64,000 bases of DNA from Vicinamibacteria bacterium (GCA_965199715.1 OZ241322.1:512001-576000); one strand, 5' to 3'. Shown: positions 30,220-42,774, counted from the stretch's first letter. Notes: generated by a model from the sequence alone, not told the origin. Numbers and translations: made by a program.

Positions 30220-31380
30220 ATGACCGCGCCCGTCAGCACCGGCCTCGAGCGTCTCCCCGACCTCGGCGATCTGCTGCGCGGCCTCCGAGTCGGCCTGATC
30301 GCCAACCCGTCCGCGGTGACCGCCTCGTTCCGGCACGCACGGGAGGTCATCGCCGGGCTGCCGGGAGTGACGCTCGCCGCGCTGTTCGCCCCCGAGCATG
30401 GCTTCGACGCTACCGAACAGGACCTCATCGAGATCGAGGGCGCCGCGGATCGCATCCCGGTGCACAGCCTCTACGGCCCGGTGCGCCGACCGACCGAAAC
30501 GATGCTGGAAGGGCTCGACGCGCTGGTCTTCGACATACAGGACATCGGCTCCCGCTACTACACCTACATCTGGACGATGGCCCACGCCATGGAGGCGTGC
30601 GCGGCCAGCGGACGCCGGATCGTGGTGCTCGACCGCCCGAACCCGATCGGCGGCCGCATGGTCGAGGGGAACGTCATCCGCAAGGACCACCTCTCGTTCG
30701 TCGGGCTCTATCCCCTGCCCAACCGGCACGGCATGACCGTCGGCGAGATCGCGGCGCTGCTGAATCGGCATCACGGCATCGGCGCGGACCTCGTGGTTGT
30801 GGGGTGCGACGGCTGGAGCCGGGAGGCGTGGCTGGACGACGCCGGGCTCCCCTTCGTGCCGCCGTCGCCCAACATGCCGACCCTCGACACCGCTGCGGTG
30901 TATCCGGGCATGTGCCTCGTCGAGGGCACGAATCTCTCCGAGGGGCGGGGCACCACCCGGCCGTTCGAGATGGTCGGGGCCCCGTGGATCCGCGGCGGCG
31001 AGCTCGCCCGCGCCCTTGCTGCCGAGGAACTGCCGGGAGTGGGCTTCCGACCGATCCGGTTCCGCCCGACGTTCCACAAGCACGGAGGCGAGGAATGCGG
31101 CGGCGTCATGCAGCACGTCACCGACCGAGCGACGTACCGGCCGTGGCGGACTGGGATCGCGATGCTCGCCCACATCCGGCGGCTGTGGCCGGCCGAGTTC
31201 GCGTGGCGCCCGCCGCCGTACGAATACGAGCTGGAGCGGCTTCCGATCGACATCCTCGCCGGTTCGCCCCGACTGCGCGAGGGGATCGAGGCGGGCGCCG
31301 ACGTTGCGGAGCTGGCCGGGGACGATGAGGGTCGCGCCGCATTCGACCGGGTGCGCGAGCAGTTCCTGCTCTACCGCTGA
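30220..31380 (+). CDS. namZ: Exo-beta-N-acetylmuramidase NamZ (DUF1343)
   Basis: LFAPEHG, FDIQDIGSRYYTY, LDRPNP, RHGMTVGE, PSPNMP, SEGRGT. Confidence 0.9.
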   Translation: MTAPVSTGLERLPDLGDLLRGLRVGLIANPSAVTASFRHAREVIAGLPGVTLAALFAPEHGFDATEQDLIEIEGAADRIPVHSLYGPVRRPTETMLEGLDALVFDIQDIGSRYYTYIWTMAHAMEACAASGRRIVVLDRPNPIGGRMVEGNVIRKDHLSFVGLYPLPNRHGMTVGEIAALLNRHHGIGADLVVVGCDGWSREAWLDDAGLPFVPPSPNMPTLDTAAVYPGMCLVEGTNLSEGRGTTRPFEMVGAPWIRGGELARALAAEELPGVGFRPIRFRPTFHKHGGEECGGVMQHVTDRATYRPWRTGIAMLAHIRRLWPAEFAWRPPPYEYELERLPIDILAGSPRLREGIEAGADVAELAGDDEGRAAFDRVREQFLLYR

Positions 31381-31787
31381 CCGGCGATCCTCCAGCCCGG
31401 CAGCGCCGCGGCCTGACGGACCCACTCCTCCATTTCGGGTCGGTCGAGCGGCCCTTCCAGCACGTCGGCCCAGCGGGCGTCCGGGTCCTTGCCGGAACCC
31501 GGCGGCAGCGGCCGAAGCGCCGCGCCCCGGAAGAACGTCACCCGCACGAAGCGATTGAAGCAATGGACGTTCAGGAAGAACCCCCGGTCGCGCACTCCAT
31601 AGAACGGCGAGTTCCAGCGCACCGCCCGGACCACCCCGGGAACGACGCCGGCGATGAGCGCGTCCAGCTCGCGGGAGGTCTCGCCCTTCCACCCCGGAGC
31701 GGCAGCGATCCACGCCCGCACCGGAGCGTCGCCGTCTCCCTTGGGGATTTGGGGATTGCCACCGGAGAGCAACCTCGGCGCGGCCAT
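31371..31787 (-). CDS. DUF1801 domain protein
   Basis: LLSGGNPQIPKGDGDAPV, VRWNSPFYG, WVRQAAALPG. Confidence 0.85.
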   Translation of the reverse strand: MAAPRLLSGGNPQIPKGDGDAPVRAWIAAAPGWKGETSRELDALIAGVVPGVVRAVRWNSPFYGVRDRGFFLNVHCFNRFVRVTFFRGAALRPLPPGSGKDPDARWADVLEGPLDRPEMEEWVRQAAALPGWRIAGQR

Positions 31788-31820
31788 GAGACGCGGAATT
31801 CTGGCCCGTAGAATCGCGGC

Positions 31821-34800
31821 ATGTCCATCGTCCTCCTGAGCGCGCTGCTGTTGGCCCCCGAGGAGGAGAAGGTCCTTCCGCTCGCCGCGACCGAGACGCT
31901 CGAGTTCACGGTGACAGAGGGCACGTGGATGTCCCTCGATGTCTCGCCCGACGGCGGCACGCTGGTCTTCGACCTGCTCGGCGACCTCTACACCCTGCCG
32001 ATCGAGGGCGGCGAGGCGACTCGGATCATGGGCGGCATCTCGTTCGAGAGCCAGCCGGTCTTCTCGCCGGACGGCAGCCTCATCGCGTTCCTCAGCGACC
32101 GAACCGGAGTCGAGAACCTGTGGGTGGCGGACGCCGACGGCAGCGACCCCCGCGCCCTCACCGAGGACGGACCGACGAACGACCGCCCCCAGCTCATGGT
32201 CTCGCCAAGCTGGACGGAGGACGGCCAGTACATCCTCGTCTCAAGGAGCCGGCCCCCCGAACGCACCGCGAGCGTCTTCCTCGTGCATCGGGACGGCGGG
32301 AGCGGCGTGCGCCTCGGCGAGCCGCCGGGCGAGCCCGCTCCCGGCGGGCCGCAGCCGCTCAACCGACTCGGCGCGGTCGCGTCGCCGGACGGACGCTTCG
32401 TGTACTTCTCCGAGCGGCGCGGGGCCTTCAACTACAACGCGCAGTTCCCGATCTGGCAGGTGGTGCGGTTCGACCGCTGGACCGGGGACGAGACCACGAT
32501 CACGAGCGCCCCCGGAAGCGCGATGCGCCCGGTCCTGAGCCCCGATGGCCGGAGCCTCGTGTACGCGACCCGTCATCGGACCAAGACCGCGCTCCGGGCG
32601 CGCGACCTCGAGACCGGCGAGGAGCGCTGGCTGCTGACCGGAGTGACGCGGGACGACCAGGAGTCGCGCGCCAGCCGCGACACGATGCCCGGCTACGCCT
32701 TCACGCCCGACGGCGACGAAATCATCGCGAGCGTCGGCGGCGGCATTCACCGGATCGACTTCCGAACCGGCGCGACGACCGAAATCCCGTTCTCGGCGAA
32801 GGTCGAGGCCGAGGTGGCTCCCCGGCTCTACTACCCGCGCCGGGTCGAGGACGGCCCCACGGTGACCGCCCGCATGGTCCGTTGGCCGCGCATCTCGCCG
32901 GACGGGAGCGCCGTCGTCTTCACGGCGTTCAGCCAGCTCTACCGCATGGAGCTTCCCGCCGGGACCCCGGAGCGGCTCACCGACTCCGACGAGGACGAGT
33001 TCATGCCCGCGTGGTCCCCGGACGGGAGCCGGATCGCGTACGTCACGTGGTCCACGGGCGGCGGCCACCTCAAGACCGTGTCCGCATCCGGCGGTTCGGG
33101 AACGGCGTTCACGACCGAGCCGGCGTTCTATGCCGAGCCCGCGTGGAATCCCTCGGGCGACGCCATCGTGCTCCGGCGGGCTCCGGTGAAGGAGCACCTC
33201 TACTCGGTGCCCGACGAGGAAGAGATCGGCGGGATGCGCCCGGCCGAGCTCAGCGAGCTGCTGCTGATTCCGGCGGCCGGCGGCGGCCTCACCGTGATCG
33301 GCCCGTCGGAAGGCGGGCGGTTCCCCCATTTCGCCCACCTCCCGGACCGGGTGTATCTGACGGAGCGCGATGGGCTCCACTCGGTGCGGACCGACGGCTC
33401 CGACAGGCGCCACCACCTCAAGCTCACCGGGAGGGGCGCGGGGCGTAACCCGCCTCCGGCGAGCGAGATCCGACTTTCCCCGGACGGAACCCGGGCGTTT
33501 TTCGAGCTGCAGAACCGCCACTTCCTCGTCGAACTCCCGGGCGCGGGCAAGGAGGTGATCGAGGTCAAGGTGACCGGTGGGCCGACTCCCGTTCCGGTCC
33601 GCGAGATCGCGCCCGAGGGCGGCTTCCATCTCGACTGGGCCGCTGACGGATCCAGCGTGATCTGGTCGCTCGGCAACACGATTTTCCGTCAGGAGATCGC
33701 GGCCGAATCCACCCCCGAGACGTTCCGGGCGGTGGTCGAAGCGCCGAGAGCCCGCCCGAAGGGGACGATCCTGCTGGCCGGGGCCGCGCAGGTCATCACC
33801 ATGGAAGGCGACGAAATCCTCCCGGGCGGCGATGTGCTCGTCGAGGACAACCGCATCGTCGCCGTCGGGACCGATCTGGACGCGCCGGACGGGGCACGGG
33901 TGTTCGACGTTTCCGGCAAGACCGTGCTGCCGGGCTACGTGGACGCCCACGCGCACATGTGGGCGCCTCGGGGCGTGCACCAGCGGCAGGTGTTCCAGCA
34001 CCTCGCGAACCTTGCCTACGGCGTGACGACGACCCGAGACCCGCAGACCTCCACCGCCGACGTCTTCACCTACCGCGACATGCAGGAGGCCGGGCGCATC
34101 CTCGCTCCCCGGATCTACGCGACCGGTCCCGGGATCTTCTCGCGCTCCGGGGTTTACGACGCGGAGGCGGCGGACCTCTTCCTGAAACGGTACGCGGATG
34201 CGTGGAACGCGATCACGCTGAAGCAGTACGTCGTCGGCGACCGCATCGTCCGTCAGTGGGTCGCGATGGCGTCCGCGAAACACAAGCTGATCCCGACCAC
34301 CGAGGGGGCGCTCGACCTGAAGCTGGATTTGACTCAGATGGCCGACGGCTACTCGGGCAACGAGCACAGCCTCCCGATCATCCCGATCTACGACGACGTG
34401 GCCCAGTACGCCGCCCGGACGGACCAGTACTACACGCCGACGATCCTCGTCGCCTACGGCGGCCCGTGGAGCGAGAACTTCTTCTTCCAGAACACCGACG
34501 TGGCAGGCGACGAGAAGCTGGCCCGCTTCATCCCCGCCTCCATCCTCGACAACATGGTCCGTCGCCGCGGCCAGTGGTTTCTGGAGGAGGAGTACGTCCA
34601 CGTCGGGATCGCCGAGGGCTGCGCGAGGATCGTCCGCGCCGGCGGGCGATGCACGCTCGGAAGCCACGGCCAGCTACAGGGGCTCGGGGCCCACTGGGAG
34701 ATATGGGCGATGGGCTCCGGCGGCCTCACGCCGCACGAGACCCTGCGGGCCTCGACGCTGCATGCGGCGGAGGCGATCGGTCTCGCCGAGGATCTCGGCT

Positions 34801-35006
34801 CGCTCGCACCCGGCAAGCTGGCGGACATCCAGATCCTTGACGCCGACCCGCTGACCGACCTGCGGAACACGAACTCGGTGCGATGGGTGATGTTGAACGG
34901 CGAGCTCTTCGACGCGAGCACGCTGGAGACGCTCTACCCGGTGCCGAAGCCCGCGCCCGAACTCTTCTGGGACGAGGACCCGCCCCCGGTCGCGCCGGGA
35001 CGCTGA
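31821..35006 (+). CDS. TolB-like (PD40) beta-propeller + amidohydrolase fusion protein
   Basis: EGTWMSLDVSPDG, multiple SPDG repeats, PGYVDAHAH, GSHGQ, GSLAPGKLAD. Confidence 0.9.
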   Translation: MSIVLLSALLLAPEEEKVLPLAATETLEFTVTEGTWMSLDVSPDGGTLVFDLLGDLYTLPIEGGEATRIMGGISFESQPVFSPDGSLIAFLSDRTGVENLWVADADGSDPRALTEDGPTNDRPQLMVSPSWTEDGQYILVSRSRPPERTASVFLVHRDGGSGVRLGEPPGEPAPGGPQPLNRLGAVASPDGRFVYFSERRGAFNYNAQFPIWQVVRFDRWTGDETTITSAPGSAMRPVLSPDGRSLVYATRHRTKTALRARDLETGEERWLLTGVTRDDQESRASRDTMPGYAFTPDGDEIIASVGGGIHRIDFRTGATTEIPFSAKVEAEVAPRLYYPRRVEDGPTVTARMVRWPRISPDGSAVVFTAFSQLYRMELPAGTPERLTDSDEDEFMPAWSPDGSRIAYVTWSTGGGHLKTVSASGGSGTAFTTEPAFYAEPAWNPSGDAIVLRRAPVKEHLYSVPDEEEIGGMRPAELSELLLIPAAGGGLTVIGPSEGGRFPHFAHLPDRVYLTERDGLHSVRTDGSDRRHHLKLTGRGAGRNPPPASEIRLSPDGTRAFFELQNRHFLVELPGAGKEVIEVKVTGGPTPVPVREIAPEGGFHLDWAADGSSVIWSLGNTIFRQEIAAESTPETFRAVVEAPRARPKGTILLAGAAQVITMEGDEILPGGDVLVEDNRIVAVGTDLDAPDGARVFDVSGKTVLPGYVDAHAHMWAPRGVHQRQVFQHLANLAYGVTTTRDPQTSTADVFTYRDMQEAGRILAPRIYATGPGIFSRSGVYDAEAADLFLKRYADAWNAITLKQYVVGDRIVRQWVAMASAKHKLIPTTEGALDLKLDLTQMADGYSGNEHSLPIIPIYDDVAQYAARTDQYYTPTILVAYGGPWSENFFFQNTDVAGDEKLARFIPASILDNMVRRRGQWFLEEEYVHVGIAEGCARIVRAGGRCTLGSHGQLQGLGAHWEIWAMGSGGLTPHETLRASTLHAAEAIGLAEDLGSLAPGKLADIQILDADPLTDLRNTNSVRWVMLNGELFDASTLETLYPVPKPAPELFWDEDPPPVAPGR

Positions 35007-35734
35007 TCCGCGTCGACCGCCTCGGCCATCGCAGCGAGCGTCGGGAACACGAAGTCGGTCTCGGGGAGCGTCTCGAGCGGCGCGGTCGCGCCCCAGCTTC
35101 CCCCTTCGGAGAGACGCTGGCGATCGATCCAGGCATTGCGGAGGCCGAGGCGTTTCGCCGGAACGTGGTCGTGGTGGAGGCTCTGCGCGGTGTGGAGCAC
35201 GTCTTCCGGCCCGAATCCGAAGTCGGATTGAAGTCGCTCCAGCAGGAAACGGAAGTTCGTCAGCGACGGTTTGTAATCGCCGATGTCCTCGGCCGTCCAG
35301 ACCGCATCGAACCGTGCTCCCAGCTTCCGCTGCGAGGCGGCGATGCCGTCCCGGTGGACGTTGGAGAGGATGACCAGCCGGTAGCGCCGGGCCAGACGGC
35401 GGAGCGCGTCGGCGGTGTCCGGGAAGGCCGGCCACTGCCCGACCGAGGCTCCGAACGCCGCATCCAGCGCCGGAGTCGTCTCCATGGCGAAGGTCCCGGC
35501 GAGATCCCGGTGGACGCGCTCAAGGAGCTCGGGATACCGGAGGCCGGGGTTCGCGGCCTCGTTCCGCCCCTCGACTTCGGCGAACGCCCGGAGCGCGATG
35601 TCCCGCGTCACCTCGACCGCGCCGCTGCGCATCAGGAGCGGCTGGAGAGCGTCCCAGATGCCGGTCTCCCAGTCGATGAGGGTGCCGTAGCAATCGAACG
35701 TCAGAATCCGGAAGTCGGAGAGGCGCGGCTTCAT
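34934..35734 (-). CDS. HAD family hydrolase (haloacid dehalogenase type II-like)
   Basis: FDCYGTLIDWE, LSN, YKP, HTAQSLHHD. Confidence 0.9.
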   Translation of the reverse strand: MKPRLSDFRILTFDCYGTLIDWETGIWDALQPLLMRSGAVEVTRDIALRAFAEVEGRNEAANPGLRYPELLERVHRDLAGTFAMETTPALDAAFGASVGQWPAFPDTADALRRLARRYRLVILSNVHRDGIAASQRKLGARFDAVWTAEDIGDYKPSLTNFRFLLERLQSDFGFGPEDVLHTAQSLHHDHVPAKRLGLRNAWIDRQRLSEGGSWGATAPLETLPETDFVFPTLAAMAEAVDADQRPGATGGGSSSQKSSGAGFGTG

Positions 35735-36699
35735 TCTGGATCCGGGAGATACCGCTTGGGGAACATCGCGACCACGGTGTAGTTCGGATCGACGACGTTT
35801 CCGATGCGGGCCTTTCCGAGCTGGGACAGAAGCTGCAGCGCCTCCCAGCGGTCGAAGCCGTAGTCCGCCTCCAGCCAGAGGATGATCTCGGTGTGGGCGA
35901 TCCGGAACGCGTCCATGAGCGGGCGGACCGAACCCGCAACCATGATGTAGTCGTCGTTCTCGATGCGCGGCCACGAGATGGTCTCGCCCGAACGCACCTC
36001 GAAGCGGAACGTGATCTCCGCGGTGGTCTCGAGCCCGGTGCCGGTGATCTCGCCCTCGCCCTGCAGCGCGTGCACGTCGCCGAAGTAGAAGTACGCCCCG
36101 TCCTCGAACACGGGCAGATGGACGCTCACCCCCTCACGGATCTCGGGCGTGTCCATGTTGCCGCCGAACCGGCCCGGCGCGGCCACCCAGATGACCTCGC
36201 CCCGGTCGGGCGCGACGGCGACCCGGCCGATCATGGGTTCCAGATCCACCGTGATCGGCGGCTTGCCGCTCGCCGGCAGATCGAGCGTGCCGGTGCCCGC
36301 CTCCCGGTCGAGCCGCCACTCGAACCGCCGCTGCGGCACCGGATCGTGCAGCATCGGCGTCTCGGGCGTCATCGTGAGGGCCGCGAAACCGGCGGAAGTG
36401 CCGGAGATGGCGAGATCCCGGTTCAGCGCGAGCCGTTCCACATGGACGACGAGGGTGTCCCCGCGCTTCGCCCCCTCGATCCAGATCGGGCCGACCTCGC
36501 CGGCGCGATGGCGCTCGGACTCCGGCATGAACGCCGCGCCCATGGTCTCGGTGACGAGGGTGTCGCCGGCGTCGATGCGCAGCACCGGCTCCCGCACGGC
36601 GAAGGTCTGATAACCGTGGTCGGGCACGAAGTGATGCGTGCGTTGGGCGATCGCCGGCGCGGCGACGACGACGAGAGTGAAGAGAAGCAGGATGGGCAT
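35731..36699 (-). CDS. Acetamidase/formamidase family protein
   Basis: GPIWIEGA..GD, FGGNMD, GDVHALQGEGE. Confidence 0.88.
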   Translation of the reverse strand: MPILLLFTLVVVAAPAIAQRTHHFVPDHGYQTFAVREPVLRIDAGDTLVTETMGAAFMPESERHRAGEVGPIWIEGAKRGDTLVVHVERLALNRDLAISGTSAGFAALTMTPETPMLHDPVPQRRFEWRLDREAGTGTLDLPASGKPPITVDLEPMIGRVAVAPDRGEVIWVAAPGRFGGNMDTPEIREGVSVHLPVFEDGAYFYFGDVHALQGEGEITGTGLETTAEITFRFEVRSGETISWPRIENDDYIMVAGSVRPLMDAFRIAHTEIILWLEADYGFDRWEALQLLSQLGKARIGNVVDPNYTVVAMFPKRYLPDPE

Positions 36700-36750
36700 G
36701 TTGCGATTGTCTCCCGAAAGCTCAAGCCATAGTTATGATATTATGGGTAT

Positions 36751-36966
36751 ATGCCAAACCGGAAGGTAACCTTCAGCCTCGACGAGCGAACCGCGAGCCG
36801 CATCGGGGCGCTGGCCGACGAGCTCGGGATCGCCCGCAGCGCCGTCGTTCGGGAGGCCGTGGCGTTCTATCGGAAACACGCCGATCAGGTCAGCGAAGAG
36901 GAGCGCGACGAGCGCGTGCGCGCCTTTCGGAAGTTCCTCCGCGACGCGTCCGACAAGCCATCATGA
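36751..36966 (+). CDS. Ribbon-helix-helix (CopG) antitoxin, VapB-like
   Basis: KVTFSLD...RSAVVREAV; extended -10 TGaTATTAT 6 nt before ATG; ATGA overlap with PIN gene. Confidence 0.8.
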   Translation: MPNRKVTFSLDERTASRIGALADELGIARSAVVREAVAFYRKHADQVSEEERDERVRAFRKFLRDASDKPS

Positions 36967-37367
36967 TCGTTCTGGATACTTCCGTCCTTGTGGACGCGCT
37001 CTCGGGTTCAAGGTCGCTGGCCACTACCTTCGCGAAGGTCCTCGCGACTGGCGAGCGCCTGCGGCTGCCCGCTCCCGTCCTCTACGAGTGGCTGTGCGGC
37101 CAGCGGACCGTGCCCGAGCTCGCGCTCCAGCGGGTGCTCTTCCCGGACGAGCGCACGCTGGCGTTCGGGCCGGTTGAAGCGCGGGTTGCCGCCGATCTTC
37201 ACCTCAGCGTCGCCGGGCTCGGCGAGCGGCAGGCGGCCATCGCGGCGTGCGCGCTCACCCGGGAGGGGCAGCTCTGGACCACGCGGCAACCGGACTTCGC
37301 GGAAATTCCCGGGCTCGCGCTCTTCCGGCCGGCGCCCCCCGGCAACGGAGCACCGGAACCGCGCTAG
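36963..37367 (+). CDS. vapC: PIN-domain VapC toxin (possibly attenuated)
   Basis: MIVLDTSVLVD, VLYEW, IAACA, LWT...DF..IPGL. Confidence 0.8.
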   Translation: MIVLDTSVLVDALSGSRSLATTFAKVLATGERLRLPAPVLYEWLCGQRTVPELALQRVLFPDERTLAFGPVEARVAADLHLSVAGLGERQAAIAACALTREGQLWTTRQPDFAEIPGLALFRPAPPGNGAPEPR

Positions 37368-37393
37368 CATCGCTCGCCCATCAGGAGGCGACC

Positions 37394-39526
37394 ATGAGAA
37401 TCCTGCTCGTCCCGGGCGCTCTGCTGCTGGCGTTGGCCGGCTGCGGCGGGGGCCTCGACTACCCGTATTCCGACAAGGGAGACGTCACCGAGGACATGCA
37501 CGGCGTCACGATTCCCGATCCCTACCGGTGGCTCGAGGACGACCACGACCCCGAGGTTCTGGAATGGGTGGACGCCCAGAACGAAGTCACCCGCGAGTAC
37601 CTCGACGCGCTCCCCGCCCGGGAAGCGCTTCTGGGCCGCCTGACCGAGCTCCGCGACTACGCCCGCCAGAGCGCGCCGTTCCGCTGGGGCGACCGGTGGT
37701 TCCTTCGGGCGAACGACGGCCTGCAGGATCAGGACGTGCTCTACCGGCTGACCGACCCCGACCAGCCGCAGTCCGAATGGGAGGTGCTGCTGGATCCGAA
37801 CCGGCTCTCGGAGGACGGCACCGTCAGCCTCGAGACGACCGCCTTCACCGAGGACGGGTCACTGATGGCCTATGGGCTCGGGCAGTCCGGTTCCGACTGG
37901 CGCGAGTTCCACGTCATGGACGCGGGGACCGGCGAGAAGCTGGACGACCACCTCCGCTGGATCAAGTTCTCCGGCGCGGCGTGGACCCACGACAACGGCG
38001 GCTTCCTGTACAGCCGCTATCCCGAGCCGGATCCCGACGCCGCGCAGGGCGGCGTGAACCGGAACCAGACCGTCTGGTACCACCGGCTCGGCACGCCGCA
38101 GGACAGCGACGAGATCGTGTACTCCCGTCCCGACCAACCGGACTGGCTCACCGGGGCGCAGGTCTCGGACGACGGTCGCTACGCCATCTTCGACATCCAG
38201 GAAGGAACGGACCACCGGAGCCGTATCCACGTGCTGGACCTCAAGGACGCCGCCAGCCCGGACTTCAGCGGCGAGGTGAACCCGCTGCTCGACGAGTTCG
38301 ACGCCGCCTACGATTTCCTCGGCAACGACGGCCCGGTCTTCTACTTCCTCACGAACCTCGACGCCCCGCGCTACCGGGTGATCGCCTTGGACCTCCGGCG
38401 GCCCGACCCGGCGCACTTCCGCGAGGTCGTGGCCGAGGGGCGGGAGACGCTTCTCGGGGCGCGCATGTTCGGAGATCGCTTCTTGCTGTCGTACCTCACA
38501 GACGCCAGCAGCCGTCTCGCCGTGCACGCGCTCGACGGCACTTTCGAGCGTGACGTGCCGCTGCCCGGCATCGGCTCGGTGGATCAGGTCAGCGGCAAGC
38601 GGAACGACCCGACGATGCACTTCGTGTTCTCGTCGTTCCTGTTCCCGCCGTCCGTGTACCGCTACGACTTCGAGACCGGCGAGGCGGACCTCGAGTGGGA
38701 GCCGGACATCCCCTTCGACCGGGAAGCGTTCGAGACGAATCAGGTGTTCTTCGCCTCGGCGGACGGAACCCAGATCCCCATGTTCCTGACCCACCGGAAG
38801 GACCTGTCCCGCGACGGGGACAACCCCACGCTGCTCTATGGCTACGGCGGGTTCAACATCAGCCTGACGCCGGGATTCAATCCGGCGAACCTCGTATTCC
38901 TCGAACACGGCGGCGTGTACGCCCAGGCGAACCTGCGGGGTGGAGGCGAGTACGGCGAGGAGTGGCACAACGCCGGGCGGCTGCTGAACAAGCAGAACGT
39001 GTTCGACGACTTCATCGCGGCGGCCGAGTTCCTCATCCACGACTCGGTCACGCAGCCCTCACGGCTCGCGATCGCGGGCGGCTCCAACGGCGGGCTGCTG
39101 GTGGGCGCGGTGCTGAACCAGCGACCCGAGCTCTTCGGCGCGGCGCTTCCGGCCGTGGGAGTGATGGACATGCTGCGCTTCCACCGATTCACGATCGGCT
39201 GGGCGTGGATCTCCGACTACGGCGATCCCGAGGACGCCGAGATGTTCGAGGTCCTCCATGCGTACTCGCCGTACCACAACATTGCGCCGTCAGAGACTTT
39301 TCCGCCGGTTCTCGTGACCACCGCCGATCACGACGATCGGGTCGCCCCGGGGCACTCCTTCAAGTACGCCGCCCGGCTTCAGGAAGTCCACGGCGGCGGT
39401 CCTGCCCCGATCCTGATCCGCATCCAGAAGAGCGCCGGCCACGGTTCCGGCATGCCGGTCTCGATGCGGCTGGCGCTGGACGCCGACCGGTTCGCGTTCC
39501 TCTTCCACAGCCTGCGCATGGACTGA
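37394..39526 (+). CDS. Prolyl oligopeptidase (S9A), lipoprotein
   Basis: Lipobox LALAGC, DPYRWLED, YGYGGF, GGSNGG, DHDDRV, AGHG; AGGAGG RBS. Confidence 0.95.
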   Translation: MRILLVPGALLLALAGCGGGLDYPYSDKGDVTEDMHGVTIPDPYRWLEDDHDPEVLEWVDAQNEVTREYLDALPAREALLGRLTELRDYARQSAPFRWGDRWFLRANDGLQDQDVLYRLTDPDQPQSEWEVLLDPNRLSEDGTVSLETTAFTEDGSLMAYGLGQSGSDWREFHVMDAGTGEKLDDHLRWIKFSGAAWTHDNGGFLYSRYPEPDPDAAQGGVNRNQTVWYHRLGTPQDSDEIVYSRPDQPDWLTGAQVSDDGRYAIFDIQEGTDHRSRIHVLDLKDAASPDFSGEVNPLLDEFDAAYDFLGNDGPVFYFLTNLDAPRYRVIALDLRRPDPAHFREVVAEGRETLLGARMFGDRFLLSYLTDASSRLAVHALDGTFERDVPLPGIGSVDQVSGKRNDPTMHFVFSSFLFPPSVYRYDFETGEADLEWEPDIPFDREAFETNQVFFASADGTQIPMFLTHRKDLSRDGDNPTLLYGYGGFNISLTPGFNPANLVFLEHGGVYAQANLRGGGEYGEEWHNAGRLLNKQNVFDDFIAAAEFLIHDSVTQPSRLAIAGGSNGGLLVGAVLNQRPELFGAALPAVGVMDMLRFHRFTIGWAWISDYGDPEDAEMFEVLHAYSPYHNIAPSETFPPVLVTTADHDDRVAPGHSFKYAARLQEVHGGGPAPILIRIQKSAGHGSGMPVSMRLALDADRFAFLFHSLRMD

Positions 39527-39598
39527 CGAACACAGAATCTGCGCGCTTCGCACTCAAATAAAGCTGCGGTGCATCTCGATATATGTTCGCGGCGCGCC

Positions 39599-39627
39599 TT
39601 GACTTTTTTCCGGCGATGGCCTAGTGT
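39599..39627 (+). promoter_or_regulatory. Sigma70-type promoter for groESL
   Basis: TTGACT-17 nt-TAGTGT. Confidence 0.6.
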
Positions 39628-39768
39628 TCGCGCCGTCTGGAGCCCGGTCTTCGCCCCCAAGGACCGAAACGGGCATGCGGCCTTCCCCAGTCGGAAGGAT
39701 CGTCCGGGCGGTTCGTATTCACGTGCGCTGGCGGCGTACGTTTCGCGAGAGAGGAGACCCATTCCGCG

Positions 39769-41738
<1,970 letters not shown>

Positions 41739-41753
41739 TCCACCGCCCCTCCC

Positions 41754-41788
41754 GGCCCCCCGGACGGCGACGTTCGGGGGGCCTTTTT
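41754..41788 (+). terminator. Rho-independent terminator after groEL
   Basis: GGCCCCCCGGACG-GCGA-CGTTCGGGGGGCC followed by TTTTT. Confidence 0.85.
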
Positions 41789-41831
41789 CGTCCGCGCGTG
41801 CGCCCGCCCCCTTCGCTACACTCCGCCGACG

Positions 41832-42149
41832 ATGTCCGCAAGCCACCTCGAGAGCCGTGCGGCCGGCGGCCTCACCGTCGTGGACGAGATCGAGAACGGC
41901 CTGCACTACGAGCTGCTTCCGGATCTCTGGCGACGGCTGAAAGCCATGGCCGAGGCGTCGGAGGTCCAGCTCTTCGTAACGACGCACAGCGATGAGTGCA
42001 CTCAGGCGGCGATCGCGGCGTTCGAGGGCGACCTGGACGAATTGGCGGTGCACACTCTTTCGCGACACAGCGACGGGAGAGCGCGCGCAGGTACGTACCG
42101 GTCGGAGGCGCTCAAGAGCGCGAGACGCTTCAATCTCGACCTGCGATGA
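41832..42149 (+). pseudogene. C-terminal remnant of an AAA_21 / ABC-type ATPase
   Basis: Walker B VVDEIENGLH and H-loop VTTHS are present; Walker A half is absent. Confidence 0.75.
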
Positions 42150-42774
42150 CGGACGGCGGCAGGGACAGACGAACCGCTCGGACCGACTCCTTCTCGTCGA
42201 GGGAAAGGACGAAGTGCTCTTCTTCGGATCGCTCCTGAAGCGAGAACGCGATCCGCCGCAGATCCTTGAGGTCGGCAAGGATGGCTTCCGTACCGATCTG
42301 GATGCCGTCCTGAGGAGAGCTCAGGATAGTGGCGTCGAACTCGCCTCCATCGGGATCGTTCGCGACGCTGGCGAGAACCCGCGCGGCGCCCTCCAGAGCG
42401 TCCAGGACGCTGTTCGCGCAGTGGGGCTCACGCCGCCGGCGACGCACGGCGCGTTCTCGGACGCAGCGCCGCGAGTCGGAGTCTTCGTCATGGCGGACGG
42501 CGAGAACCCGGGGGCGCTCGAGACGCTTTGCCGGCGGCCCGTCGAGACGAGCGCGGAGGGCCGGTGGACCGACTACCTCAAGTGCCTCGACGGGCTCCGC
42601 GCCGATCGCAACGCCGCGCAGCGGGACAAGTCGTTCACGCACGCCTGGCTGGCCTCCATCAAGAACCCCGTAGCCCGCGTCGGCGAGGGCGCGGCGCAGG
42701 GAGCTTGGGACTTCGCCCATCGCGCCTTCGCCCAAATCGCCGACTTCGTGGGCCGCCTCGCAGCCGATGATTGA
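42146..42774 (+). pseudogene. DUF3226 (TOPRIM/RloB-like) partner of the ATPase, frameshifted near the N-terminus
   Basis: LLVEGKDE, IGIVRDAG (DxD degenerate), GALETL, WDFAH; the coupled ATG at 42146 is out of frame with the body. Confidence 0.7.

Noticed and set aside
39547-39573. CIRCE element upstream of groES
   Set aside because: Left arm TTCGCACTC resembles TTAGCACTC, but the right arm at N9 spacing does not match GAGTGCTAA.
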